64,000 bases of DNA, from the NCBI RefSeq assembly GCF_009914755.1, contig NC_060927.1; one strand, written 5' to 3'. Positions 52,470 to 64,000 of the stretch are shown one piece after another. The DNA is from the human T2T-CHM13v2.0 reference genome, Homo sapiens. The first letter of the stretch is position 1; each line of letters begins with the position of its first letter. The notes below the pieces were generated by a model. The model was not told the origin of the DNA and searched no databases. It was given only the letters and a program-made list of their open reading frames with translations. The position numbers and the translations under genes are program-made.

Positions 52470-52840
52470 TGCAACTCCCTAATCTTGGTGTTTAACTCAG
52501 TCTTCATAGCAACCTTGTGGTAAAAATCCCATGATACTGTATCCTACAAGTTTAGATGTAATGTAGTTGGCAGTTGGCTCCAGAATCCTTGAACTTATCA
52601 GCCAGCTAGCTAACTTTGGTCATTTCATTAATCTGGCAATAATACCTTCTCATGTATTATGGGATTGAATATTTTAGATTCCATGAACAAAAACATGACA
52701 GGGCTCACTGTCCTATTAGTATCCTCATTTTACACATTAGGAAATTGAAGTCTGACTTACTTAAAGGTCACTGCTGGAAGGCAGCAGGCATGTAGAGTCA
52801 GTGTGGCTCCAGAATTCATGCTTTCCATGACTGTGATACA
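52470..52840. mobile_element. MIR fragments
   Basis: tttaactcagtcttcatagcaacc; tatcctcattttacacattaggaaattgaag...aaggtcac. Confidence 0.55.
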
Positions 52841-53559
52841 GGCTGAGGTTTATAAAGTTATCTATGGGAGGGATAAAGCTGTTGCTTAAAGGTTAAGAGA
52901 CCATGGCTCTGACCCTGGTTTAATTACAAGTACCCTGCATTTCAGCATTACATCCTGTTTTTATCTCGGGTGCACAGGGGTGGAGGGAACCAGATATGGT
53001 GTGCACAAAACCTACTGGGGAGCTGAAGCCAAGAGCTGGTTTGTTAAGTGGCCTTGACTTTGATTTAAGTATTTAAATTGTGTCCCAATTTGGGTCATAT
53101 GAAGTGAAGCAAACCTAACTTCATGTATCAAACATGAGTGATGTCTTGTATCATGCTTTTCTGAATTAGAGTTGCTCTTTCCTTAAGTGCCTAAAAATGT
53201 CATGTGCCTTTGCTCAGTAAAGTGATGCCAGTAGCTGGCATGAGATCAGTAAGAAATATGCCAAAAATCACTGGAGCTTTGGGGAACCCAGGATTGGGAA
53301 ACATTCTAAATGACTGTGGCCATAAATATAGAGCTCCAAAGTTTAGAGCCTGAAGCTTTTATGCCTAGGAGCATGGCAATCTCTGGTTTCATTATAGTCC
53401 TTGCTAAAATTTAACTTAAAAAAGAAAACAGATAAATTAGACACTATTGGCACCATTGAAAAACAATCTAGCATTATTTATCAATAACCTTAACATGTTT
53501 ATAAGCTTTCATCTAATAACTTCATATCTGGAATAGTAAGAAATATATACATTCAGAGA

Positions 53560-54250
53560 TGTTTGTCGTAGTTTTATTTGTTTCTTCATCATTTATTTCA
53601 TTTAACTACAGAATAATATTCTAGTTGAAAAAAACCCAAAAATATGTAAAGTAAAATGTAAGATTCGTATTGCAAAAGTTCAACCACTTTTAACAGTTTG
53701 GTATATACTTCAAAACCTCATCCTCATTATATTTCTTCCTCCCCTTCTCATGTATACACACATACATACATGCATTCATGTACACACATACATATATTTG
53801 TGCACATGTATATACACATTTAGCTACACATATATACAAAAATATAATTTCCAAGAAAACTGTAAGGCTAGGGACATTGTTCAGTAACTTACTTTTTTAT
53901 CATATTACGGGCATTTGCGTGTGTGAGAGAGAGCTTGTGGATCTACATAATTGTTTTATCAACTAGATGGTATTCTAGAGTCACAATGTACTGTTAAACA
54001 TTAAACTTGGTAAATACTAAGATTGTTTCCAATTTTGATAATACAATCATGCTGCAGTGAACACACTAGTTGCTATATTTTGGTACATGTATAGGGGCAT
54101 GTCCATGAATCAAATTTTAGGAGTAGAATTGTAGAGTCGAAAGGACACTTAAATTTTTATAGATCAGGCTAAATGCATCTCTACCCTACCACTATCACTG
54201 ACACAGCTCTACTGATTCACTTTCCCACAAACAACATATGAGAGTCCTTC
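53560..54250 (-). mobile_element. L1ME-type 3' fragment
   Basis: caaccacttttaacagtttggtatatactt; agattgtttccaatttt...gctgcagtgaacac; ttcccacaaacaacatatgagagt. Confidence 0.65.
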
Positions 54251-54810
54251 AGGTTTTGTTATTGTTCTTTTTCTAGCTTCTTGAGATAAATGCTGTATCT
54301 TTTATGTTTTATGATGAATTTACTTTAGACTGTAAATTTTCCTTCAAATGCTCTGTTGGCTACCTCTTATTGGTTTTGATAGGTATTACCGGGGTGATAT
54401 TAAGAATATCTAAGAACCAGTAAAAAATAAAAAAATATTTCAGGAAAGAGGCCATCACTGCCTAGTCCAGCCATAAACAACTGGTATGGCTGTCCTGGTA
54501 TGAATGTGCCAGATATCAGACATGTGACTCTCACTGGAATTCACTTCTTCTAGCCTATCACCCAACCAAACTCTACAATATGATATTTTCTAAATATGTC
54601 AAATATGCATTGCTTATATGACTTTGATCTGACTTTTTGTTTGTTTTGTTTCTTCTGGGATTGCTATTATCAATGAATCTGTTCATTAAAATTCTTACTC
54701 ATAATTGAAAGTTCAGCTTAAATGATACCTCCCTAGCAAAGATAACACTCTTCTATGAAAAATTTTGTCATTTGGTTTGAACTTCATATGGTAGTTACTA
54801 TTATCATCAT

Positions 54811-55050
54811 CAGGGATGAGTGAACTTTCTTGTAAAGGACCAGATAGTAAATATTTTCTGCTTGCTATGTATACACTTTCCACTGTGCTCACTCTGCTCT
54901 ATGTAACATGAAAGCAAGCTTAGTGATACCTAAACAAATGAGTTTAGGTGGGTCTGTCCTGATTAAATTATAAATTATAATTAAATTATTAAATTAATTA
55001 TATTACAAAAACAGTGGTCCAGGCTCCGGGCCATACTTTACTAATTTTCA
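54811..55050 (+). mobile_element. MER58A (hAT-Charlie MITE), inserted within L2 remnants
   Basis: cagggatgagtgaactttcttgtaaaggaccagatagtaaatatttt...tacaaaaacagtgg...gggccatacttt. Confidence 0.75.
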
Positions 55051-57014
55051 TATTTTGAGCTATACTATTTAATAGCTATTATAAACTTCTCTAATCTTCT
55101 ATTCCGGACTATATACTTCTTGGAAATGAGGCTTGTGTAAGTGGTGATGTGGCTTAACCTTTAATTCCTACGCACTCAAGAGACATTTGTTGGATAAGTG
55201 AAAAATGTTAACACCGTTGTTATTCACCTGTAGAAATTTTAGTGATTCTTAATATAAACAATGAATACTGGAGATATTGACATACCAGCATAAAATTTTT
55301 CTGAAACTCTAATTTGATGCCCAATTTGTATGTAGATTATTCCCTTGCTTGTGTGCTAGGTTTAGTTTATTCTTTGAGATTCATTCTTTTGTCAAAACGT
55401 TTTTAGGGATAAAAGGAGTGTAGTAAAAACTCAGTCAAATATTTGAAAAAGCCTTAAGTCAAAATATGATAGATCTAAAAGGAAGCCTATTCATATTGCG
55501 TACTGTGACATTTATTCTTGTTTAGGAAGCTTTATGTGGGTTGTTAATTTGTTTTTGGCTTAGGTAAACCAAGCTATGATAGAGTTGAGCAATGATATAT
55601 TCAGAAAACCAACATAACTGGTGAAAGAATTTTTTTATCCTTATATTTTTTCTATGTCCAGATAGGATATTCTTTAGGAGACTTACAGTAGCATATTGAG
55701 TTTTGTTTGGTATTTCTCTCTGGTTTTCGGTGTTGCTTGAACCTAAAAGCTTTAAATAATCTGTAGATGAAAATCTCACCTATTCTATCATTATTGCGAC
55801 AACAGAAGGAATGTGCAATGAATTCACAGCCATTCAGAAGCCGCAGAGGCAAAACACATGTAAGCTGTTATTAATTGGATGGAAAAGACAAGAATTAATA
55901 AACACCCATAATATACACACACAGAAATACATAAAAATAAAGGAAACTCTCTGTAAATAATTAATTAATTTAAAAATTAAAAAATGTGAAAGAAATTGTG
56001 TATTTACATAGTGAAGATTTGAGAAGAAATAATTCTACCTATTGATCATAAAAGGTCAAAAAATACAGTAATGTCACATCATTTAAACTGTATAGTTCAT
56101 CTTCCAGTAGTAGCAGGAGTTTGTTTTACTCATCTTTAGTTTTCTTCTTACAAGACTACACTCGTTTCACCCACTCATGGAAAGAACAGCTTGTCTTATC
56201 ACCCTCCAGTGGAAATGAGTTATGAGCCTTTTATCTGGAGTTTACAGGACAGCTTTAACCTCTTTATAGTTGAACTTCAGTGATGAATGCAATCTTATTT
56301 TATCTTAGTTAATTTTTTTCCCAAGAATTCCTTTTCCTGTTCTGATTTGTAGGTACATACAAGATAATAATAGGAAAGATCAAATTACCCTATTTGGGAT
56401 CATGTTAAACACTTTTCTATTGTCCTGCAAGTCTTCAGTATTAATTTCCTGTTTCTTTTTCTGTTCATATCAATCTAATTAGAAAAAGCAGGCATTTGTA
56501 ACATTCATAATATTCTGGTGTCTTCACCGTATTTCAAAGAAAAGCTTGTATTTTATGCATCTTAAAATATTTTTGTGGGCTAAGTTGGTTTACTTCTTCT
56601 TAGGTTTATAAACTAGGCTGCCAAGAATTTTGCAAACTAGAAATGTAGTGACTGAGGTAACTTGGGTGTCAGTTGCAAGACAAAATGATCATTCACAAAG
56701 ATGCAGAAGCCCTAACCTGGGTTCTGTGAGCAATAGCAGGAAGAGTCAGATGTACTGCGTAAGTCAAATGGATGGCCTTATTTGGTATCTGGCTAACATA
56801 TCACTCTGGCTAATATATCACCCGCAGAATGCAAGGTCCTTACTGTTTTAACTCATCAAACACAAGAGGTCCTTCCCATGGAACATATCCTCCCCTGGCA
56901 CTGATTAGCAATTATTTCCGAATGATTACCTTTGAATGATTGGACAGAGTTTATGATTTGCCAAAAGTCACAACCAATGTAGGTCATCATGGATTAGCTT
57001 CTTTCCTTTGACGT

Positions 57015-57500
57015 TTAATTAATTTATTCACACATTCATCATGTATCTTGTGCCAACTGTGGGCCAGGTATTGTGCTATGTGCTAGGGATGCCAACTTGA
57101 ATGAGACAAGATCTGGAACCTTGAGAGACTTAAGTAAGAAATATGCAAATCCATGATTACATTACAATTTTATTAGTGCTATAATGGAAGCATGACTAGG
57201 ATACTAGGGGGGCATAAAGGGATCAAAATCAGATTCAGGGAAAATACCCTAGAGGAAACAATATTTATACTGAATTTTGAAGAACAAGTGGGATTTCAGT
57301 TAGAGAGCATTGAGACAGCATTGTAGCATATATCAAAGAGATATAAAACAGGACCAGGTATTTAAGTAATGACAAATACTTCAGCGTGGCTTCAGCAATA
57401 GAAGCTAAGGGATATAAGTGGTAGATGTTGAAGCTAAGGATCCAGCCAGAGATCAGATCACAAAAGATGAAGATGATAAACTAGGAAGTATAGTTTGGGA
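57015..57500 (-). mobile_element. L2 3' fragment
   Basis: ttattcacacattcatc...gggccaggtattgtgctatgtgctagggat. Confidence 0.7.
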
Positions 57501-57859
57501 CAAAGTGACATAAGGAAAGGATTCACCTTTCTCATTTAATAGCATTCCAGCACCATGCCAATTCCGTGTCACACAACCACAAAGCTCTTCCCTTGCCTCG
57601 TTCAGTGCATTTCTATGGGGTTTGGGATATGAGCTTAAAAGTAAAGGCAGGACTCATTTCTCTAAATGGAATTCACATACCAACTGCTAAGAGAATCTAT
57701 TCTTCTTTAACTTATTTCAGTTGTATCTCTTCTGTTAAGCTGGGGACCTACTCAGCCTGCCACCTTCTTGTGAGCAACTTCCCCTTTATCTGTACTGGTT
57801 TGACTGTATAGAAAAAGATGCAGAAATGCCGTAAGGGAGGCATAAGCGAAAATAAGAAA

Positions 57860-58450
57860 AAGCCAGCAACTACTGTGGGCCAGGCACTGTGCTGGATCAT
57901 TTACACGGTACCTCATTTAATCCTCACCATGTCTATAGATATTATTCTCATCTCCATTTTACAGATAAGTAAAATAAGTGTCTTGCTTAAAATTGCACAG
58001 TAAATATGAAATTTGGATTTTTAACTTTAGTTGATCTGTTTCTAGAAAACCATTATTTGCATATTCTAATACTTCCTAGTCTGGGCAGTATTCTCCCAGA
58101 TCTAAGTCCAAAGTACTTAGAAAAGTAATTAAATCTGATACCTAGACTTGTTTCTATTATATTCAAATTGTTCATGTCAGCACATGTCAAAGCTCTTAAG
58201 GACATAGGAAGCACCCTTTCCCCTTAAAACATTGCCTTCTTGAACTTTCTGTGCTAATATTCTGGCAGACACATGGTAGAAAGAATCTGTTTTGAGATTC
58301 TGGAGCCGGGTTTTAAACCTGGTGCTGACCATAACAATGTTTGAGATCAGACTCGAGTCAGTTAAGCTCTCAGGGATTTAGTCTCTGCCATGTAAAAGGA
58401 GGCAACTGACTTACCTCATCAAGTCCTTTTCCTCTAAGTACCTAGATTTT
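57860..58450. mobile_element. Two MIR fragments (minus ~57860-58060, plus ~58270-58450)
   Basis: ccaggcactgtgct...cctcatttaatcctcac...ccattttacagataag; gtcagttaagctctc...tgtaaaagg. Confidence 0.65.
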
Positions 58451-61400
58451 TGTTTTCACAGGTGAGACATTAAATGGGTTATTTAGATCACCTTTGCACA
58501 AATTGCTAGCTTTGTTACTGATGGATAACAAGAAGTTAATTTCACTCTCAGAGTAGACTACGGTCAGCTGCAAATATGAAGGAACGGAGGTTCTACAAAA
58601 TAGGAGAACTTTCTCTGAGACCTCTGAAAGGTTCAGACTGCCTGTTTTTATTGTAACTCTTAAATATCAAACTCCTTTTAAATGCTCTAAAGGAATTTCA
58701 TGAAAAATGTTTTCTCCAAAGGTGAATAAAGGAGCCATTGACTGAGTAAAAAAATAAATACATGAATAAAGAATAAAAGCTGGATCATCTTCCTTCCTGG
58801 AAACATTCTATGGCATATTAATGGAGAAATTCATACTATCACAGAGAAAAATTTACAAACATGACATATGTAACTTAGAGATGTTTAATCCCGAGAAAAA
58901 CAGTCAAAGAGAATTTTATTCACTTACAGAGGAATATTTTTAAAGGAAGGATTTGCTAGCAGATTGAATTTCTATTTTATGTTAGTTATTTATTAGCAAA
59001 CTCATAACTTTGCTATTCAGGCAGCTTGGAGTCATAAGAGATGTATTATAAAAAAGCTATTATTTTTAGTTATTAAGAATTTGAATAAATAACTGTGGCC
59101 CTTTTTTGAAGTGGAGGGCTATTAAGAGGTACAGAAATGCAGATAAAAATACTCCTTAATAGAAAGGTCAGTTAAATATAATGTGTCATATTTAAAAGAA
59201 TAAACTTTGAAGTCAGAGAGGACAAAATATGAGCCATGGCTCCAGTACTCTGTTTTTAAGATTTGTGAATGTAAAAAAAAAAAAAAGTTTGGGGAAAATC
59301 TTTAAACTTTATTCCTGTGTCATGCAAAACAGCGAGTTTTGAGGAATACATTGAGTTAAGATATCATATACTTAGCCAATGAACGTACCAAATGACCCAT
59401 ACATCACCTGCTCAGTTCATAGGGCAGGAACCTTAAGATAGAATCTCATAGAACTCTTTCTTTCACTTATAACCTGAATAACCTATACATAATTACCTTG
59501 CTTTAAGTGTTTTATTGTACTAGACATGGGTTTTCCAAACTTTTATGATATATTAGTCCCTTTCATTGAAATATGTAATCCCAGCAACTTCCTTAGAAAT
59601 GAAAAAAACTAATCATTTTGACATTATTACCTGGTGAAAAATAAAATACGACACATTTTTACTGTTTTCCATTTAACAAATGTTGTGCTCTATTCAGTTA
59701 CTTCAAAGTTAAGTTTGTAAGCAACTTATAAAATATCTGAAAATAGAACAATAATTTGAACCCACAAAGATATCAGATTGCAATGCATATTATGTGGCTA
59801 AATTCTATAATTTTCCTGAGTTGTTTCTAAAGGATGAGATAAGAAAGAAACTCATGTTGTGAGCTTTCTCCACTTGTTATATTTTGCTTACATGAAGACT
59901 CAAATATGTACATACGTAGTTTTTCCTCTTGCAATTCCCTGTGAAATACTAGGGTCATTTTAATGTTCTGTGTAAGATGAACACCAATTTTATTCTCAAT
60001 AGCAGTGTTCCATATACTTCTTGCATTTTAACAAGAGCTCCTTCATCAATCCAAATAATAAATTACAAGACCAAAAATGAAAGCAATTTGTACATCTGTG
60101 AAGGTCAAAGCCACCAAGCTGGCTGGAGATATTCAGCTGAGGGCGGTAACTACTGAAGTCCTGAGTTATGGGCACACTCGTCCTCTCTGAGTGCTGTGCA
60201 TGCTCACTCAGTAAAAACTAAGCGGCTCTAAATGGTTTCCTTTTAAGAAGAAAAAGCATGTTTAGTGTGTTATTTAATTCAATGATTTTTCAAAATTAGA
60301 TATTATAATGGATCCCAATCATGCCCTTAATAATGAGACTGTACAAGAATACGTGATAAAATTGTAGAAAAAGAAATAACAATGGTTTTGCCAGGCACTG
60401 AGCTTAGGGCTATATACAGTTTTCTATAGGATGCTCCATCTATGAAGGGCTCTTCCTCTCTTTTATTTTTTTTTCATTTCCGTCCTTCCCATTTGTTTTC
60501 TTTCTTCATTTTCTTCTTTTCTACCGTCTGGCTTATTTGAGTCAACCAACATTTACTGTATCCCCATGAAAAGCCAGACATCATAGGAGGAACTACGGAT
60601 ACGAGAAATTAAGGAGTTCATAATCTAGTAAAAATGTTGTCTGTGTTTTTTTTGTGTTTGTTTTTAATTTATCCGGAGTTTGTGTTTATTTACCTATCCA
60701 TACATGAATTTATAATCACTTTGGATGCCTTAAAATACAATAATATTCTGGGGCCTATATCACCTAATGTAATCCTCCACATGCTGTAGACATGATTAAA
60801 ATCCTCATCCTCTAACATTCAAATAGATCTGGTGAAAATAAAGTGTACATTTTATGAGTTAAAAATCATAAAATCTTAGTCCTGCTAGTCTTGATTACAG
60901 TTCTTTTAAAGTACCTAGTCCAGATCAAGTCAGTTGCCATGCTAATTAGTTTTCACATACGAAAAAAAAAAAATGGCCATACTCCAGACACTGGTCTTTC
61001 TATTTCAGGAAAGATGGCATATAAGAAAACCTCACTATATGCAAAGGATTTGTGGATGGTTCCTTGGAGTTAATTTTCATGGGCTTTAGAAGGTATTTAA
61101 ACCTCAAGACAAGGAGAGGGTTTATAAATGATTGACAGAAGCTCTTTAGCTACTCAAGTCCAAGAGGGTAGCACCTCTTAGCCGTTCAATGAATAGTATG
61201 GAGAATTCGAAGGGCTGCTTAGAACTCTAGGGCAGCCTATTTTTTGAAGATTATGCTTTTGACCTTTCTTGCTAGAAGTCATCCATCCATCTAATAAGTG
61301 TTATTTAAGGGCATACAGTGTGCCAAGAACGCAACTTGGCATCACCATGGAGACCATAAAATTCTAGTCTCATCCTCTCATCCATCACAACCAAGTAGAA

Positions 61401-62017
61401 GTTGGTGCTGTTAATGTCAAGAGCAAATCAAGAAGTCAAGAAAGACTGAAGCTCAGACACATTGTCACTGGTGTAATCTCCACCTTTGAAGGTGCTGCTC
61501 TGATATCAAATTTTATGTACAGAGACAAACACATACACAGTTGACAAAGTAACAGACATAAATTATTTTTATGTTTTATATGTTATTTTTTGAAGTAACA
61601 TCAGGTATGTACTTTAGCTTATTTTTTCACACAAAGTTGATTTTTTTGGGTAATAACAATAGAATTTATACTAGTTGCAGAATTATCTACAACCACCATA
61701 GTAAAGAAACAAAGCCGTAAACTAGGTCGTATTATTACTGTTATCTTTTGAATTTTTGGACAGAGCTGATTTAATAATTTGGCAAACTTGTAACTAGGGT
61801 AACTAGAAAATGCTGAAATTTAAATCTATGTTATTTATATTATTTTGATCTTTATATGGCCTAAAAATGCAGGTTTAACTCCAGCACACATAGTAAAATT
61901 AACAGTAGAAAGAAACAAACATCAGAAGCCATATGTAATATGTCTGTGGTGCTCTTGACACCCCTCTGTCTTCTCTTCTGAAATGTGTATTCCTTCTGAT
62001 ATTGGACACATACAGTT

Positions 62018-62022
62018 ACACA

Positions 62023-62065
<43 letters not shown>
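62018..62065. repeat. (CA)n microsatellite
   Basis: Seen directly. Confidence 0.95.
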
Positions 62066-62067
<2 letters not shown>

Positions 62068-63064
62068 CTTGGACTGAATTCTAGATGCAATTTTAAAAAT
62101 CAATAATTTAGTATCTCTTCATATAATTCACACCCCTTCTTATTTCCCCCATGATTTTTATTTAAGCTTGTACGCAATTTTTGGCATGAACTAAGCTTTT
62201 TAAGACTTTATGCCACTGTAGGGATTTTTGGAAAACACTGATAAAGCCAATAAAATAACACACCGATTCAGATATTACCCTTGTTCAAACAGGGCTCTCA
62301 AATGGGTCCTATTTTCTTGGATTTGCCCACTCTGAAAAAAAAAAAAAATTCACTGCAAGCTAAATTACTTTCTTTAACATACCTAGATTTTTTTTATTTT
62401 GTTTTTATTTTTAACTCTGGACTTTATTAAAAGGACAAAGGAATTCACTGGAGTGGGAATAACACAGATTTTACTGTGCAATGAACTTAAATGCACTTCT
62501 ATAAAGTAAGTCATGAACACTGACTTCAACCTTTCATTTTCCTCAGGAAGGACCCAGTTAGAACCAGCAGTCACTGTGGCTGAGGGAAGAGGCACAGTAT
62601 TCTGGTCTGGTCTAGGTTCTTCTTTCCTTTTTCAGTTTCTTTTTTGGTTCCTTTCTGTTTGTACTGCTCTTGTGAGCTTCTTATTGTTCAAGCCTCATAG
62701 CTATTTATGGATTATGCACAGTTTGGGCTAATATGATTAACATTTGCCTCAAGAGCCAGGTCTTCTCATGTAATTGGTTCTCTTTCAAAACACGTGGCCT
62801 CCGCCTGGATGACTGGCTTGCTACGTAACCTGGAACGGCCATGTCCTGGGTCTTTCTGTGCTGCATGTTTGGCCGTGGAATTTATTTCTTCTGTCCTGCT
62901 GGAGTGGGTAGGATTGTTTGAACAGGAAGAGTCACTTCCTTGTTATGCTCTCCCAGCATTGTAGAGCTCCAAGATGTTTCCCCTGTGCCCTTCCATTAAG
63001 CCCTTACAACCTCCTGCACTAAAGTTTAATCACTTCCCTCCTAATATCCTAAAGAAGACAAGAG

Positions 63065-63245
63065 CTTTCTCTCCTAATTCTTTCCTTCTCTCCTTTTTCT
63101 TTTTCTCTTTCCTTCTTTCTCTTTGCTTACCTAGTATTCTTTCCAGCCTGCCTGCCTATCTGCCTTTTCTTCTCTCCTTCCTCTCCTCTTCCTTTACTCT
63201 CATTATTCCCTTTGTTTTCCTTTTCCCCACTGTTATTTTTTTTTC
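63065..63245. repeat. CT-rich low-complexity tract
   Basis: Seen directly. Confidence 0.85.
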
Positions 63246-63299
63246 TAATTTCATGTCATTTCTGTTATGAAAACTAGATCCCAGTTAATGGAGCTTTAT

Positions 63300-63760
63300 C
63301 GTATTTGCACACAGATGAAAGAATACATGCATATAATAATGAATTGCTGCATTCTTTGTAACAAGAGAATATTGGAAACAACTTGAATGTCCATTAATAG
63401 GGGACAAATTGAATAAACTATGGCATGTCTGTAAAACAGAACTCTCTGTAACTGTAGAAAAGAATCAGGAAACACTCTATGTATTAAGTTGTAAGTATCT
63501 CCAAAATATTTTGTGAAGTGAAAAAAAGACATAGTGCAGAACATTTGTATTTTATATTTCGTTTGTGAAAAAAGGCGGTGGTGGGAAATAAGATTATATT
63601 TTACATTTTATTGCTCTTAGTAAACACCAAAAAATTTGTGTAGGAAACTATTCCTGGGTGTCAAGGATAGATGGGCTGAGGAATAGTAGAAAGGGAGATT
63701 TTATCGTTATACCGTTTTGTATTTATTAACTTTCAAAAGTGTGTTAATATATTATCCATC
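63300..63760 (+). mobile_element. L1M (L1ME/L1MC-type) 3' fragment
   Basis: ttggaaacaacttgaatgtccattaatagggg...aataaactatggc...aagtgaaaaaaagac. Confidence 0.75.
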
Positions 63761-63834
63761 CAAAAAGTGAAATATAATAATGTAAACCTGGGAAGCCAAT
63801 GTAAGATTCGATTGAAAGAAAACTATCCCATTAA

Positions 63835-64000
63835 ATGCATATATATATATATATGTGTGTGTGTGTGTATGTATGTATATACATGTGTGTATATATGTGT
63901 GTATGTATATATATACATGTGTGTATGTATATATATACGTGTGTGTATATATGTGTGTATATATGTATGTATATATATACACATACACACACACACACAT
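63835..64000. repeat. Compound TA/TG/CA microsatellite (runs off the window)
   Basis: 166 bp of uninterrupted purine-pyrimidine alternation. Confidence 0.95.

Overview
This is AT-rich primate (human-type) genomic DNA, not microbial. It holds the promoter, first exon and the first ~44 kb of intron 1 of RBMS3, an MSSP/RBMS-family RRM RNA-binding protein gene (chr3p24 in human, from recall). The only supported coding sequence is 20042-20116 (MGKRLDQPQMYPQYTYYYPHYLQTK, then AAG|GTATGG donor). All other ORFs in the track are chance, repeat-derived or low-complexity frames. The ~18 kb upstream and the distal intron contain many old repeats (Alu, FLAM, L1M, L2, MIR, MaLR/ERVL solo LTRs, Tigger/hAT MITEs), whereas ~18.0-27.4 kb has no transposon I can recognise. 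The most interesting structure is around exon 1: an ATG-free 5' leader with a 133-nt pure pyrimidine tract, a 105-codon open frame running into the ATG, a candidate UG-containing poison exon in proximal intron 1, and strong minus-strand splice signals consistent with an antisense lncRNA (RBMS3-AS3-like). I found no wholly new gene system; the hypotheses below concern undescribed regulation of a known gene. Repeat subfamily names come from recalled consensus sequences, and the boundaries of old elements are approximate.
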